Source: Candidatus Eiseniibacteriota bacterium
GTDB taxonomy: Bacteria; Eisenbacteria; RBG-16-71-46
NCBI GenBank assembly: GCA_963717505.1
Contig: OY970342.1
Span: 3,264,001 to 3,328,000 of the forward strand
Reading direction: 5' to 3'
Length of the DNA stretch: 64,000 nucleotides
Part shown: one piece after another, positions 18,118 through 28,268 of the stretch
Layout: every line of letters starts with the position of its first letter
Position numbering within the stretch: the stretch's first letter is position 1
Notes under the pieces: generated by a model
The model's database searches: none
Told to the model about the DNA's origin: nothing
Seen by the model: the letters and a program-made list of their open reading frames with translations, nothing else
Made by a program: the position numbers and the translations under genes

Positions 18118-19592
18118 AGGACCTTCTCGACCCCCAGGTCATGTTCCTTATCGCGGTTCTCGCCGCGGGCACCTGGGCGATGATCCGCTGGCCGGATCTG
18201 GGCTTGGTCCTCGGCGTCGTCTTGCTCTACCTCAACTTGCCGGCGCTCGCGGCCAAACTGCACGGCGTTCCGGGTCCGATCGCCGGTGCCGCCGGGATCG
18301 TGGTGACCCCGGCCCTCATCCAGCGATTCCTCTCCAGCCGCCCGCGCTTCGTGATCGATCTGCCGATGCTCATGATGTTCCTCTTCCTCGGCAGCATCAT
18401 TCTGTCGTCGTTCCTGGCCCAGGAGTTCGACCTCGCGATGGGCTGGGTGCTCAAGTTCGTGTTCGAGGGCCTCCTGCTCTACACGCTGATGGTCAACCTG
18501 GTGCGCAGCGCGGCCTCGATGCGCCGAGTAGTCTGGGCGTTGCTGTTCTCGGGCTCGCTGCTCGCGAGCATGACGCTCTACCAGGAGCTGACCAAGGACT
18601 ACCACCAGGAGTTCGGCGGTCTCGCTCAACGCATGCTCGAGCGCGAGACCGCGAGCCTCGAAACCAAAGACCAGCTGAGCGGGGGCGATCGCTCGAAGAT
18701 CCGCATCGCGCAGCGCGCCCAGGGTCCGATCGACGATCCCAATCGCTACTCGCAGATGCTCATCGTGCTGCTGCCGCTCGCCTGGGTGGTCGGACGCAAC
18801 GCGAAGAGCCTCTTGCAGCGGGTCTTGGCCGCCGGCAGCGCCCTCATGATGATGGCGGCCATCCTGCTGACCTACTCGCGCGGCGCGTTCCTGACGCTGG
18901 TCGTGATGACCGTCATCGCCACGGTCCTGAGGGGCGTTCGCATTGCCCACTTGCTCGTGGCACTGCTGGTGTTCTCAATCGGGGCGACGATCATCGTACC
19001 CGGCTATATGGGGCGCATCTCCACGTTGTGGGGCATTCAGGGCCTGGTCACCGACCATAGCGCGGTGGGCCCGGACGCCGTCCAGCGCGGGCGTGCCACG
19101 GAAATGCTCGCGGCCTGGAACGTGTTCCGCGACTACCCGGTCCTCGGCGTCGGCCCGGGACAGTTCGCCGCGGTCTATTCGCTCGAGTACATGAGCACCG
19201 GGTTCGAGATGCGGCGCATCGTCGAAACCCGCCGCGCGCACTCCCTGATCCTCGAGATGCTGGCCGAGGTCGGAGCCATCGGCGTCGGAATCTTCCTCGG
19301 AATCATCTTCGTCCTGGTGCGTCGCCTGTACCAGCAGTGGCGCCTGCGCCGGGTGAGCGATCCGGAGGCGGCCGACTTCGGCCTGGCCTTCATCCTCTCG
19401 ATCGTCGGCTACATGGGTACGGCGCTCTTCCTGCAGCTGTCCTACCAGCGCTACTACTGGTTCCTGATCGCGATGGCGAGCGCCACCGTGCACATCGCGC
19501 GCTCCGATGGATTCCGGCGTGTCGCGCTGCCTCAGGCAGTCCCGGCGCGGGCCGCCGGCACGGTGTCGGAGACGCTGGCATCACCGAGGTAG
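18114..19592 (+). CDS. O-antigen ligase/Wzy-type polymerase family protein
   Basis: Multi-TM protein with 'DPNRY', 'TYSRGA', 'PVLGVGPG' and 'AHSLILEMLAEVG' (Wzy_C motifs). Confidence 0.85.
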   Translation: MKDLLDPQVMFLIAVLAAGTWAMIRWPDLGLVLGVVLLYLNLPALAAKLHGVPGPIAGAAGIVVTPALIQRFLSSRPRFVIDLPMLMMFLFLGSIILSSFLAQEFDLAMGWVLKFVFEGLLLYTLMVNLVRSAASMRRVVWALLFSGSLLASMTLYQELTKDYHQEFGGLAQRMLERETASLETKDQLSGGDRSKIRIAQRAQGPIDDPNRYSQMLIVLLPLAWVVGRNAKSLLQRVLAAGSALMMMAAILLTYSRGAFLTLVVMTVIATVLRGVRIAHLLVALLVFSIGATIIVPGYMGRISTLWGIQGLVTDHSAVGPDAVQRGRATEMLAAWNVFRDYPVLGVGPGQFAAVYSLEYMSTGFEMRRIVETRRAHSLILEMLAEVGAIGVGIFLGIIFVLVRRLYQQWRLRRVSDPEAADFGLAFILSIVGYMGTALFLQLSYQRYYWFLIAMASATVHIARSDGFRRVALPQAVPARAAGTVSETLASPR

Positions 19593-21469
19593 TGCTCGTG
19601 CCAGGCCATGAACACCATCAGGTTCCAGATCGAGCGTGCGCGGTCGCGGACGCCGTCGCGATGCTCGCGCAGCATCGCCTGAATCGCCTTGGCGTCGAAC
19701 ATTCCGGACTTCGCGACCGACGCCGGGCTCAGCAGGTCGCCCGAGAACTCGCGCAGGCCCTGCTGGAGCCAGACCGACGCCGGGAAGATGAATCCCTGCT
19801 TCTTGCGTGACCGGACGTCGCGCGGCAGCAGGTCGGCGTAGGCCTCCTTGAGGACGATCTTGGTGTCGAAGCCGCGCTGCTTCATGTCCGGCGGGATCGC
19901 GGCGGCGTACTCGACGAACTTGTGGTCGAGGAACGGGGGACGCACCTCCAGCGAGTGAGCCATGCTCATGCGGTCGACCTTGGTCAGGATGTCGTCGACC
20001 AGGTAGGTGCGAATGTCGAGGTCGAGCATGCGGTCCAGGAACTCGTAGGACTCGCTCTCCGAGAACACCTCGCGCACCCGGGACAGCGGATCGGTGGCCG
20101 GCATGCCGAGGCGATAGTCGCGGTGATAGAGCGACTGGCGTTCCTCCGGCCCGAACACTTGCTTCCAGCCGACGTGGCTCTCGAGCAGACCCTGGTCGGC
20201 GGCCTCGACGAAACGCTTGATCTTGTAGTCGAAACTGACCTTGTCGTAGGAAGTCGGAAGCCGGCGCACGATCTGGCGAATCACGCCGTCGCGCAGCGGG
20301 CGCGGAATCATGCGGTAGTACCGCGCCAGGTGATCGGCGACGTAGGTCATGTAGCCGCCGAACAGCTCGTCGCCGCCGTCGCCCGAGAGCGCAACGGTGA
20401 CTTGGCTGCGCGCCAGGCCGGAGAGGAAGTACACCGGGACCGCCGACAGGTCGCCGAACGGCTCGTCGAGGTAGGACACCAGGCGCACGACCTCGGCGGC
20501 GTGCTCGGGCTCGACGATCATCTCGTGGTGCTCGGTGCCCAACCGCTCGGCCATCGCGCGGGCGAAGGGCGCTTCGTCGTAGGAGTTCTCGCGGAAGCCG
20601 ATCGAGAAGGTCTTGAGCTTGGGCAGGAACTCGGCCACCTGTGAGACGACGATGCTGGAGTCGATGCCGCCCGACAGGAAGACGCCGACCGGCACGTCGG
20701 ACAACAGGTGTTCGCGGACGGTCTCGCGCAGCAGTGCCCGCAGTCCTTCGCGAATCTCCTCGGGACGGCGCGGCGGACGCTGCCCACGCGCGGGGAACTT
20801 CAGCTGCCAGTAGCGCTCGGTACGCACGCCACTCTTGTCGGCGACCATCATGCAGCCGGGCTCGAGTTTCTCGATGCCCTCGAAGATGCTGCGCGGACCG
20901 GGGACGTAGCTGAGCGCCAGGTAGGCGTCCAGAGCCTCGGGGTCGATCCGGCGCTCGAGGCCGGGGACCTGGAGCAGCGATTTGAGCTCCGAGGCGAACG
21001 CCAGCTTGCCGTCGAAGTGGGCGACATGAAGCGGCTTGATGCCCAGGCGATCGCGGGCAATCACCAGCCGGCGCTGGCGCAGATCCCAGACCGCGAGCCC
21101 GAACATCCCCTGCAGGTGACGGACGAAGTCCGGTCCGTGGTCCTCGTACAGGTGGATGATGGCTTCGCAGTCCGAGTGGGTGCTGAACTTGTGGCCGCGT
21201 GCCTCGAGGTCGCGACGCAGCTTCGGCGAGTTGTAGATCTCGCCGTTGCACACCACCAGCGCACTACGGTCCTCGTTGAAGATCGGCTGGTGTCCCCCCG
21301 CCAGGTCGACGATCGACAGCCGGCGCATGCCGAAGCCGAATGATCCGTCGACATAGATGCCCTGGTCGTCGGGTCCGCGATGCACGATGACGCCGCACAT
21401 GCGCGACAGGACGTCCTCCGAGGCCGGAGCCGAACCGCGATAGTCGTAGTAGCCGCAGATGCCGCACAT
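19532..21469 (-). CDS. asnB: Asparagine synthase (glutamine-hydrolysing) family amidotransferase
   Basis: N-terminal 'MCGICG', plus 'HRGPD', 'NGEIYN', 'LSGGIDSS' and 'LSGDGGDELFGGY'. Confidence 0.92.
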   Translation of the reverse strand: MCGICGYYDYRGSAPASEDVLSRMCGVIVHRGPDDQGIYVDGSFGFGMRRLSIVDLAGGHQPIFNEDRSALVVCNGEIYNSPKLRRDLEARGHKFSTHSDCEAIIHLYEDHGPDFVRHLQGMFGLAVWDLRQRRLVIARDRLGIKPLHVAHFDGKLAFASELKSLLQVPGLERRIDPEALDAYLALSYVPGPRSIFEGIEKLEPGCMMVADKSGVRTERYWQLKFPARGQRPPRRPEEIREGLRALLRETVREHLLSDVPVGVFLSGGIDSSIVVSQVAEFLPKLKTFSIGFRENSYDEAPFARAMAERLGTEHHEMIVEPEHAAEVVRLVSYLDEPFGDLSAVPVYFLSGLARSQVTVALSGDGGDELFGGYMTYVADHLARYYRMIPRPLRDGVIRQIVRRLPTSYDKVSFDYKIKRFVEAADQGLLESHVGWKQVFGPEERQSLYHRDYRLGMPATDPLSRVREVFSESESYEFLDRMLDLDIRTYLVDDILTKVDRMSMAHSLEVRPPFLDHKFVEYAAAIPPDMKQRGFDTKIVLKEAYADLLPRDVRSRKKQGFIFPASVWLQQGLREFSGDLLSPASVAKSGMFDAKAIQAMLREHRDGVRDRARSIWNLMVFMAWHEHYLGDASVSDTVPAARAGTA

Positions 21470-21509
21470 GTTCAGGGAGTCTCCGGAGCGGGAGGCGAGG
21501 GCTCGAGCG

Positions 21510-22676
21510 TCATCGGCCGGCGTTGCCGGTCGGTGCGGTGCGTCCGGTCGGCTGCCAGGTGATGCTGCGCTGACCGAACAGGCAGCGACCGAGCCCGTAC
21601 AGCGCGGCGACGTTGACCAGCACGAAGTAGTAGGGAATGAAGAACCACGGCATCTGGCGCAGCCGGCCGCGGACGATCGCGCCCAAGCCGGCGAGGGCGA
21701 GGATGACCAGCGCCACGATCAGGATCGGGCGATACGCCGGGTCGCCCGCCGACAGGAACGGCAACAGCAGCAACATGATCAGGAACAGGACCGCGACCAG
21801 GCGGCGCAGCAGCTGACGCGTGATCAGCGACACCGCATAGAAACCGGTACGGAACGGATTCGCGAGCGGCAGGACCCGGAAGAATCCACGGATGCCGCGT
21901 TCGATGATCCGCACCTTCCGGCGGAACTCGTCGCGATTGCTCGGCGAGGTGTCCTCGTAGGTCTTGGACTCCGAAACGAACAACATGCGCTGGCCGGCGT
22001 GCACCACGTTGGTCGAGAGCGCGAAGTCGTCGGGCACGTCGAGCGGGACGTCGCGGAACACCGAGCGGCGGAACGCCAGGCACGAGCACTCGCCGGCGAC
22101 GATGCTGCCGATCCGGGTCTCGCACGACTTCATGAATTTCTCGTAGCGCAAGTAGAGCGCCTCGCCTTCGCCGCCGGTGCTGGCGCCCGGATTGCGGTAG
22201 ATCTTGTTGCCCCAGGCGCCGCCGACTTCGGGATCGCCGAACGGCGCGATCAGCTCGCGCAGCGCGTCGGGGGCCAAGTCGATGTTTGCGTCCGAGATCA
22301 CCACGATGTCGCCGCGGGTCTCGGGAAGGACGGCGTTGACCAGGCCGTTCTTGCCGCGCCGCGGGTTGCCGGCGATCAGCCGGACGCCTCGCGACTCGAA
22401 GCTCCGGACGATGTCGTTGGTCGCGTCGGTCGAGCCGTCGGACGCCACCACCACTTCCAGCTGGTCGGCCGGATAGTCGAGGGCCAGCGTGTTGCGCAGC
22501 TTGCGCTCGATCACCGCCTGTTCGTTGTAGGCGGCAACCAGGAACGTGACGCGGGGCGTGTGGGCTTGCCTGCGTATCGGACGTCGGACCACCCGCGACA
22601 ACAGAAAGACGAGCGCCGGATACCCGAAGTAGGTGTAGAGCACCAGAACGGCGCATGCCCAGAAGGCAGCGTGCAC
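21510..22676 (-). CDS. GT2 glycosyltransferase with TM segments
   Basis: 'AAYNE', 'SDGSTD', 'ISDAN', 'DDF' and 'EFRRKVRI'; GTG start at 22676 inferred. Confidence 0.88.
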   Translation of the reverse strand: MHAAFWACAVLVLYTYFGYPALVFLLSRVVRRPIRRQAHTPRVTFLVAAYNEQAVIERKLRNTLALDYPADQLEVVVASDGSTDATNDIVRSFESRGVRLIAGNPRRGKNGLVNAVLPETRGDIVVISDANIDLAPDALRELIAPFGDPEVGGAWGNKIYRNPGASTGGEGEALYLRYEKFMKSCETRIGSIVAGECSCLAFRRSVFRDVPLDVPDDFALSTNVVHAGQRMLFVSESKTYEDTSPSNRDEFRRKVRIIERGIRGFFRVLPLANPFRTGFYAVSLITRQLLRRLVAVLFLIMLLLLPFLSAGDPAYRPILIVALVILALAGLGAIVRGRLRQMPWFFIPYYFVLVNVAALYGLGRCLFGQRSITWQPTGRTAPTGNAGR

Positions 22677-22976
22677 GTGAACGACCCCGCGAGAAGGTGG
22701 TGAGGCGCCCGAACCCGATCGGCCGACCTTCAGGTGGTCGGCGACTTGTGGGCGGACATTATGTCGAAATTGGCCGCGGCGTGGACCTGCGGGGGGTCGC
22801 GGGATGCTCGTCGGCGCTCCGACGAGGCGGGAATCCACATGACCTGGGGGCTGCCGCTCCGGCTAACGCGTTACACTATAGCAACATGCCGGTTCGGCCT
22901 CAAGCGGAACCTGCCCTCGGGAAACCGGCCGAAATCCTGACTTCTCGGGCCTAGAAGACCACCCAGGTGGGACCAT

Positions 22977-24002
22977 TCAGGCGGCGGTCGGTACCTGGCG
23001 AAACCCGGGCAACCCCGCAAACCAACCGGTGAGCTGACCTCTCAGAACCGCCGGCGTCGTCCCGCGACCGACGTTGATCCGACGGAGTCTGAGTGGATCG
23101 GCGGTCTTCATGGGGTTGACGCCGCGCACCGTGGTGAACCCGAGCCTGTAGCCCGCCTCGCGTGCCATGCGGACCACGCGGTCGTCGAACGCCCCGGCCG
23201 GGTAGGCAATGGCGGTCGGGGTCGAGCCCAGTTCGCGTTCCAGGTCGACTCGAGCGGCGATCAGCTCCTGACGCACCGCCTCGACCGGAATCCGGGTGAG
23301 CAGCGGATGCGTCCGAGTGTGCGAGGCGAAGCGAACGCCCTCGGCGGCGAGCAGGCGGATCTCGCTCCAGTCCATCACGGGCGAAGGCGGGGGCGCGATC
23401 TCGAGCCGGTCGCAGATTCCAGCCACCCAGCGAAGCGCCTCCTCGTGAGGCAGCTCCTTGGCTCGAGCCCGGAGCCGCGCGAAGGCCCGATCCCGATCGC
23501 GCCGCGTTTCGAGGCTGAGCCGGCCCAGCTCCGGCACCGGAACCGAGCGCAGGGGCGTCGCCCCGAGCGCGTGGTGCAGCCGATCCCACCAGAACCAGCG
23601 CTGCGCGTCTCCCGGGAATGCGGTCGGAATGAACACCACCGCCGGCAGGCCTTTGGCCTTCAACACCGGCCATGCATTCGCGCGAAAATCGCGATAGCCG
23701 TCGTCGAACGTAATCAGGACCGCGCGCTTGGCCAGGCCGCGGTGAGTCTGGAACTCGTGGTGGACGTCATCGACCGAAACCACGTTGCACCGGGCGGCGA
23801 GGATTTCCATCTGGATCGCAAAGGCCTCCGGCGACACCGTGACCCCGCCCTGCGGCGCCGGGTCCGCGTCGGGGCGCTCGACTCGATGGTAGGTCAGCAC
23901 GCGCAGCACGTTCTCGGGTTCGCGGTCGATCCCCTCGATCAAACGCACGAACGCATCGAATGCCGGACTGCGCAGCACCGAGCCAGCGACATGACCGAGC
24001 AC
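22977..24002 (-). CDS. Polysaccharide deacetylase (NodB/CE4)
   Basis: 'LTYHRV', 'ITFDDGY', 'SHTRTHP' and 'AYPAG'. Confidence 0.9.
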   Translation of the reverse strand: MLGHVAGSVLRSPAFDAFVRLIEGIDREPENVLRVLTYHRVERPDADPAPQGGVTVSPEAFAIQMEILAARCNVVSVDDVHHEFQTHRGLAKRAVLITFDDGYRDFRANAWPVLKAKGLPAVVFIPTAFPGDAQRWFWWDRLHHALGATPLRSVPVPELGRLSLETRRDRDRAFARLRARAKELPHEEALRWVAGICDRLEIAPPPSPVMDWSEIRLLAAEGVRFASHTRTHPLLTRIPVEAVRQELIAARVDLERELGSTPTAIAYPAGAFDDRVVRMAREAGYRLGFTTVRGVNPMKTADPLRLRRINVGRGTTPAVLRGQLTGWFAGLPGFRQVPTAA

Positions 24003-24003
24003 G

Positions 24004-25659
24004 TCACGCCCCCCCGAGCAACCGGTCGGGACTCGCCGCGACCCTGCGCCACACGTCGACTCTCCAGTCCGCGCGCAGCTCAGCGGACTCGGCCGCCAGG
24101 GCGTGCGCGGGAGCGCGGCGCACGACCGCTGCCGCTTGCGTCACCCAACCGGCCATGCAGAGCCCCGGGAGCGCCGCCTCGGGCAGCGAAAGACCGGTGC
24201 AGTAGCGGGCGAGGGGCGCGCGCAGCCATTCGGGAGCACCGGCGAAGGCGTCGACGATGGCGCTCGCGGCCGAAGGGCCGGTCATGGCCTGCGCGCGTGC
24301 TCGCGCGACATAGGCCAGGAAGAAGCACAAGTCGGTGGCCGGAAGTCCGATCGGCTCCGACAGCTCCCAGTCGAGCACCGCCGCCGCCCCGGACGGACTC
24401 AGGAGAATGTTCGGGTGACTCAAGTCACCATGCTCGAGCACGCTCGGGATCGCATGCGACGCCAGGGGCCGAACCACGCGCCGCGTCGACTCGCACAACT
24501 CCGGGTCCGCGAGCCCGGCGGACTGGAGATCGCCGAGATCGCGCTCGATGCGTTGCAGAATCCAGGAATCGCCGGCGGGGCGGTCGCGGCGCGAGGGGGT
24601 CTGAACCTCGATCATCCAGTCCACGATTGCCGCACAACAGTCCGCAGCATCGGCGCGCACCCGCGCCGGGTCCATGGCGCGTCCGGTCAGCGCGGTTTCC
24701 GCGAGCAGCGCGTGCCCTTCGAAGACCTCGCACGCGATCACTCGGGGAATCGAGACGAATCCGCCGGATCGCAGCGCATGAATCGCGCGCAGGCGATCGG
24801 CTTCCTCCTCGAGACCCTGCGAGCGCCCGGCCCGCCGCGCAAGCTTGACCGCGATCGCCGGCGCATCAGCGTCGCCGGCGAACAACAGGAACACCAGGTG
24901 GCTGGAGTTCCTGAATCGCGGGGTGAGGGCGAGGAACGGCGCGTTGGGTCCAATGCCGAGCTTGGAAACGCCATCCTCGCGCGAACGATCAATGAGGAAG
25001 CGATGGACGAAACTGTTCGCTCGGACGGCCACGGGCGTCGCCCGGCCGGGGGAGGTCTCCGGGCTTCGAATCGCGATCACGCTCCCGAGTACGACTCGAT
25101 CGAGGAGCCCGAGATTCAGGAGCAAGTTCGCCGCGTGGCCCTGGAGCCGGGTGCGCAGTCCGCTTCCGGCGCGCATGAGCGCGTTGCGGATCGGGGCCCG
25201 GTCGGCGAGGGGAACGATGCGCGTGCAGCGTTCGAGGTCCGGCCAGTGCCAATGGGCGCGCACCTCCGCGAATCCGAGATCGCGAAGCCGCCGCGTCACG
25301 GCGCCGAGCGTGGTCGGCCCCCGGCCCCGACTCGCGTCCGAGGTCCCCGACGAACGCGGCTGCACTTCGACGATCAGCGAACCGCCGGGAGCCACATGTT
25401 TCGTGGCGCGCACCAGTTCAGCGTCGGTCGCATTCGAGGCGACCACGAGACGCAACAGACCCTGGGGATGCGACGGCTCGGTCGACGCGCCGACTAGCTC
25501 GACCTGGGCCAGGAGACGAAGCGCCGGCGGAACCTCGCGGCCGAACCATCCCACGCGATCGGGCCAGGGATGGGAGAGCAGGAACCGCCAGTCGAAGCGC
25601 GCCAGATCCTGGGCCGGGGAAGCCAATGGACCTGGGACCGAGGCGGCGTCCGGGCTCAC
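24004..25659 (-). CDS. APH-like phosphotransferase with an N-terminal methyltransferase-like remnant
   Basis: 'EHGDLSHPNILL' and 'VLDWELS...GLPATDLCFFL'; N-terminal 'VAPGGSLIVE'. Confidence 0.75.
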   Translation of the reverse strand: MSPDAASVPGPLASPAQDLARFDWRFLLSHPWPDRVGWFGREVPPALRLLAQVELVGASTEPSHPQGLLRLVVASNATDAELVRATKHVAPGGSLIVEVQPRSSGTSDASRGRGPTTLGAVTRRLRDLGFAEVRAHWHWPDLERCTRIVPLADRAPIRNALMRAGSGLRTRLQGHAANLLLNLGLLDRVVLGSVIAIRSPETSPGRATPVAVRANSFVHRFLIDRSREDGVSKLGIGPNAPFLALTPRFRNSSHLVFLLFAGDADAPAIAVKLARRAGRSQGLEEEADRLRAIHALRSGGFVSIPRVIACEVFEGHALLAETALTGRAMDPARVRADAADCCAAIVDWMIEVQTPSRRDRPAGDSWILQRIERDLGDLQSAGLADPELCESTRRVVRPLASHAIPSVLEHGDLSHPNILLSPSGAAAVLDWELSEPIGLPATDLCFFLAYVARARAQAMTGPSAASAIVDAFAGAPEWLRAPLARYCTGLSLPEAALPGLCMAGWVTQAAAVVRRAPAHALAAESAELRADWRVDVWRRVAASPDRLLGGA

Positions 25660-26945
25660 GGCGCCTGACCCGCGGCGACCGCGCGAAAGCGCCGGGCGAG
25701 CTGCTGCGCGGTTCCGCGCAGGTCGAACTCCCGCTCGACCTTGGCTCGGGCGGCGACGCCGAGCCGATCCCGCAGGGACGGATCGCGCAACAATCGCTCG
25801 ATCGAATCGGCGAGACCGCGGGCGTCACCCGGCTCGACCAGGAGCCCGCTGACTTCGTGTTCCACCAGCTCGGGAATCCCCGACAGCCGACTGGCAACCA
25901 CCGGTCGGGCAGTGGCCATCGCCTCCATCAGGACGACGGGGATTCCTTCCCGCCGCCCGTCGCGACTCGGCACACTCGGGGTCGCGACCACGTCGGCCGC
26001 ACGCATCGCGCCGCGCACCTGCTCCTGCGTCATGCGCCCACGGAACACCACGCGATCGGCGATCCCCAGCCGCTGGGCCTGACGCGCGAGCATCGCCTGG
26101 TCCGGCCCGTCGCCGACCAGATGGCACTCGACGTCGAGTCCGCGTTCGACCAGGTGGTGGCACGCGTCGACCAGATGGGTTTGGCCTTTGACCTCGTGCA
26201 GCGTGCCGACGCACAGGACCGTCGGCCGGCCGTTGCCGCCGGCCGTCGCGGACGCGCCAGGCGCAAAAGCACGCGTATCCACCCCGCAATGTATGACCTC
26301 GAGCCGGGCGGCGCTCCCCGTGCCGCACTCCTCGAGGATCACGCGCCGGTTGAACTCCGAGATCGCGACCACGAAGGCGGCGTCTCGGACCTTTTCGCGC
26401 AGCATGTGGCGATCGACGTGCAGGTCGGAGCCGTGCGCGGTGAAACTGTACGGGATTCCGGTCAGGCGGTGGATGATCCACGCCACCGCCGCAGGGTGGC
26501 TGGCGAAATGGGCGTGAACGTGTTGGATCCCGTCCGACGACATTCGGCGCGCGAAGTCCACGGCCTTCGGGAAGAACACCAGGCCGCCCGTCAGGTATCG
26601 AATGCTTCCCAGATTCCTCAGCACCAGCTCGAAGAGCGCTCCCAGGTAGCGTGCGGGATGGCGAACCAGCATCGCCAGGTTGGCCGCAACCACCGAGGGA
26701 GAGAGCAGTGGGCTGAAATGGGCCCGGTCGATCCAGCGCCGCGCTTCGGCGTGGACGGTCGAGGAGCGCTCGAAGCGCAAAGGGTAGAGCTCGACCTGCA
26801 CACCCTCGTTCTCGACCGCGCCCATCTCGAACAGGATGAACGTCTCGGTGAGCTTGGGGAATCGAGACATGATGTAGGCGACCCGTGGCGAGTCGCCCGC
26901 TGAACGGGGAGTGGGCGGCGACAAGGCCGGCAAGCCTAGCATCAT
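25656..26945 (-). CDS. GT4 glycosyltransferase (WcaL-like)
   Basis: 'SRFPKLTETFI', 'HVHAHF' and 'EGIPVVLMEAMA'. ATG 26945 is preferred because the GTG at 26981 lies in a terminator. Confidence 0.9.
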   Translation of the reverse strand: MMLGLPALSPPTPRSAGDSPRVAYIMSRFPKLTETFILFEMGAVENEGVQVELYPLRFERSSTVHAEARRWIDRAHFSPLLSPSVVAANLAMLVRHPARYLGALFELVLRNLGSIRYLTGGLVFFPKAVDFARRMSSDGIQHVHAHFASHPAAVAWIIHRLTGIPYSFTAHGSDLHVDRHMLREKVRDAAFVVAISEFNRRVILEECGTGSAARLEVIHCGVDTRAFAPGASATAGGNGRPTVLCVGTLHEVKGQTHLVDACHHLVERGLDVECHLVGDGPDQAMLARQAQRLGIADRVVFRGRMTQEQVRGAMRAADVVATPSVPSRDGRREGIPVVLMEAMATARPVVASRLSGIPELVEHEVSGLLVEPGDARGLADSIERLLRDPSLRDRLGVAARAKVEREFDLRGTAQQLARRFRAVAAGQAP

Positions 26946-26974
26946 GGAGCCTCGCGCGTCATCGCCGCGCCCTG

Positions 26975-27011
26975 AAAACACCGAACCCCGGACCTTGGGC
27001 CCGGGGTTCGG
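26975..27011 (-). terminator. Rho-independent terminator after the FN3 gene
   Basis: Minus strand: CCGAACCCCGG...CCGGGGTTCGG followed by TGTTTT. Confidence 0.7.
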
Positions 27012-27039
27012 CGTGCGATCTGCACGTTCGCGGAGTGGA

Positions 27040-27786
27040 TCAGGTTCCGATGGTCAGGTCGTTCACCGCCGCCGGCGCGGTCTGATCCGGCGTGACGATC
27101 TGGATCACGTTCGAGATCGGGGAAATGTTGCCGACCTCGTCCAGCGCCCGGATCGCGATGTAGTACGTGGTCTGGCGGCTCAAACCGTTGACGGTGAAGT
27201 TGTGGACGGTTCCCGGATTCCCGGGAGCCGGTTCGCCATTGGCCTGCGTCGCGGAGGACCAGTTGCCTTCGGTGACCGGGGAGGTCGAATAGCGAACGTC
27301 GAAAGTCGTGGCCTGACCCGTGCCGCCGTCGTCCCCGGAAGCGTTCCAGCGCAACGCGACCGACGTCTCGTTGATCGAGGTCGAGGTCAGCGTCGCCGGC
27401 GCGCCCGGGGCGGCCGTGTCGAGCGCCAGCGTCGTCCGGGTGATGATGTTCGAGATCGCGGCCCAGTTCGGCACCTCGTCCCCGGTCTTCAGGGCGAAGT
27501 AGTAGGTGGTCGAGGGCGACAACCCGGTGACCGTCACGCTCTGCGTGCTGCCCGGCGAGGTTGGCGCCGGCATCGCCGTCCACCGCGTTGCGGACGCGAA
27601 ATTCGAGGCGGTGATCGCCGAAGTCGAGTAACGCAGATCGTACTGAGAAGCGATTCCGGTGAGACTGTCGTCACCCGTTGCGGTCCAGGTCAGGGTGATG
27701 CTGTTGTGGGTCTCCTGGGCCGCCACCACACCGGGGGCGAGGACACCCGCAGCGGCCAGAATCAAGATCAAGGAATTCCAACGCAT
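27040..27786 (-). CDS. Secreted two-domain fibronectin type III protein (strand-permuted)
   Basis: GGAGG RBS and a signal peptide, then two 'LxWxAxGDD...Y(D)xRYS...GL...TTYY...DEVxN' units. Confidence 0.85.
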   Translation of the reverse strand: MRWNSLILILAAAGVLAPGVVAAQETHNSITLTWTATGDDSLTGIASQYDLRYSTSAITASNFASATRWTAMPAPTSPGSTQSVTVTGLSPSTTYYFALKTGDEVPNWAAISNIITRTTLALDTAAPGAPATLTSTSINETSVALRWNASGDDGGTGQATTFDVRYSTSPVTEGNWSSATQANGEPAPGNPGTVHNFTVNGLSRQTTYYIAIRALDEVGNISPISNVIQIVTPDQTAPAAVNDLTIGT

Positions 27787-28268
27787 CGGCATCCTCCGTT
27801 GGTGCCTGCAGCCGCCTGCCGGGGCACAGCGCTGCCTCGTGGGATGTAGGGTCTCAGGGTACTGCCGTGTTGGAAGCCCCCAGCAGACAGCACGAAACAT
27901 GCCGCCAGGGCCATTCACTGCAGAGCCGTATCGAACGGCCCTATCTCGTTCTGGGAAGGATCTCCAGCCCTTCCATGGGCGTGCCTCGGCCAGACTTGCC
28001 TCGCAATCGGTTCGTTGGCAGTGCAACTCACAACGGCCGTAGTGCAACCTGCAGATCTTCCATGACCTGGGGGACCCGCGTCGCCACGCCAAACCGCTGG
28101 CGCTCAACGACCGGGGGGTTGTAAGGCCCGGGAGCGATCAGTAGGCTGCCACAGGTGCAGGCCCCCTCCAAGTAAGATTATTGTGTAGCCTGAGAAATCG
28201 CTGAGTGCGATACTCTTACACGGTCGCAGCAGGGTGGAAGCGGGTAGCCTGCCCCCCAAGCTCCGGAG

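Noticed and set aside
19532-21469. Lasso-peptide cyclase / RiPP cluster (AsnB-like plus kinases and NTase)
   Set aside because: AsnB keeps an intact N-terminal Cys glutaminase domain. No B1/B2 proteins or precursor were seen, and the context is polysaccharide synthesis.
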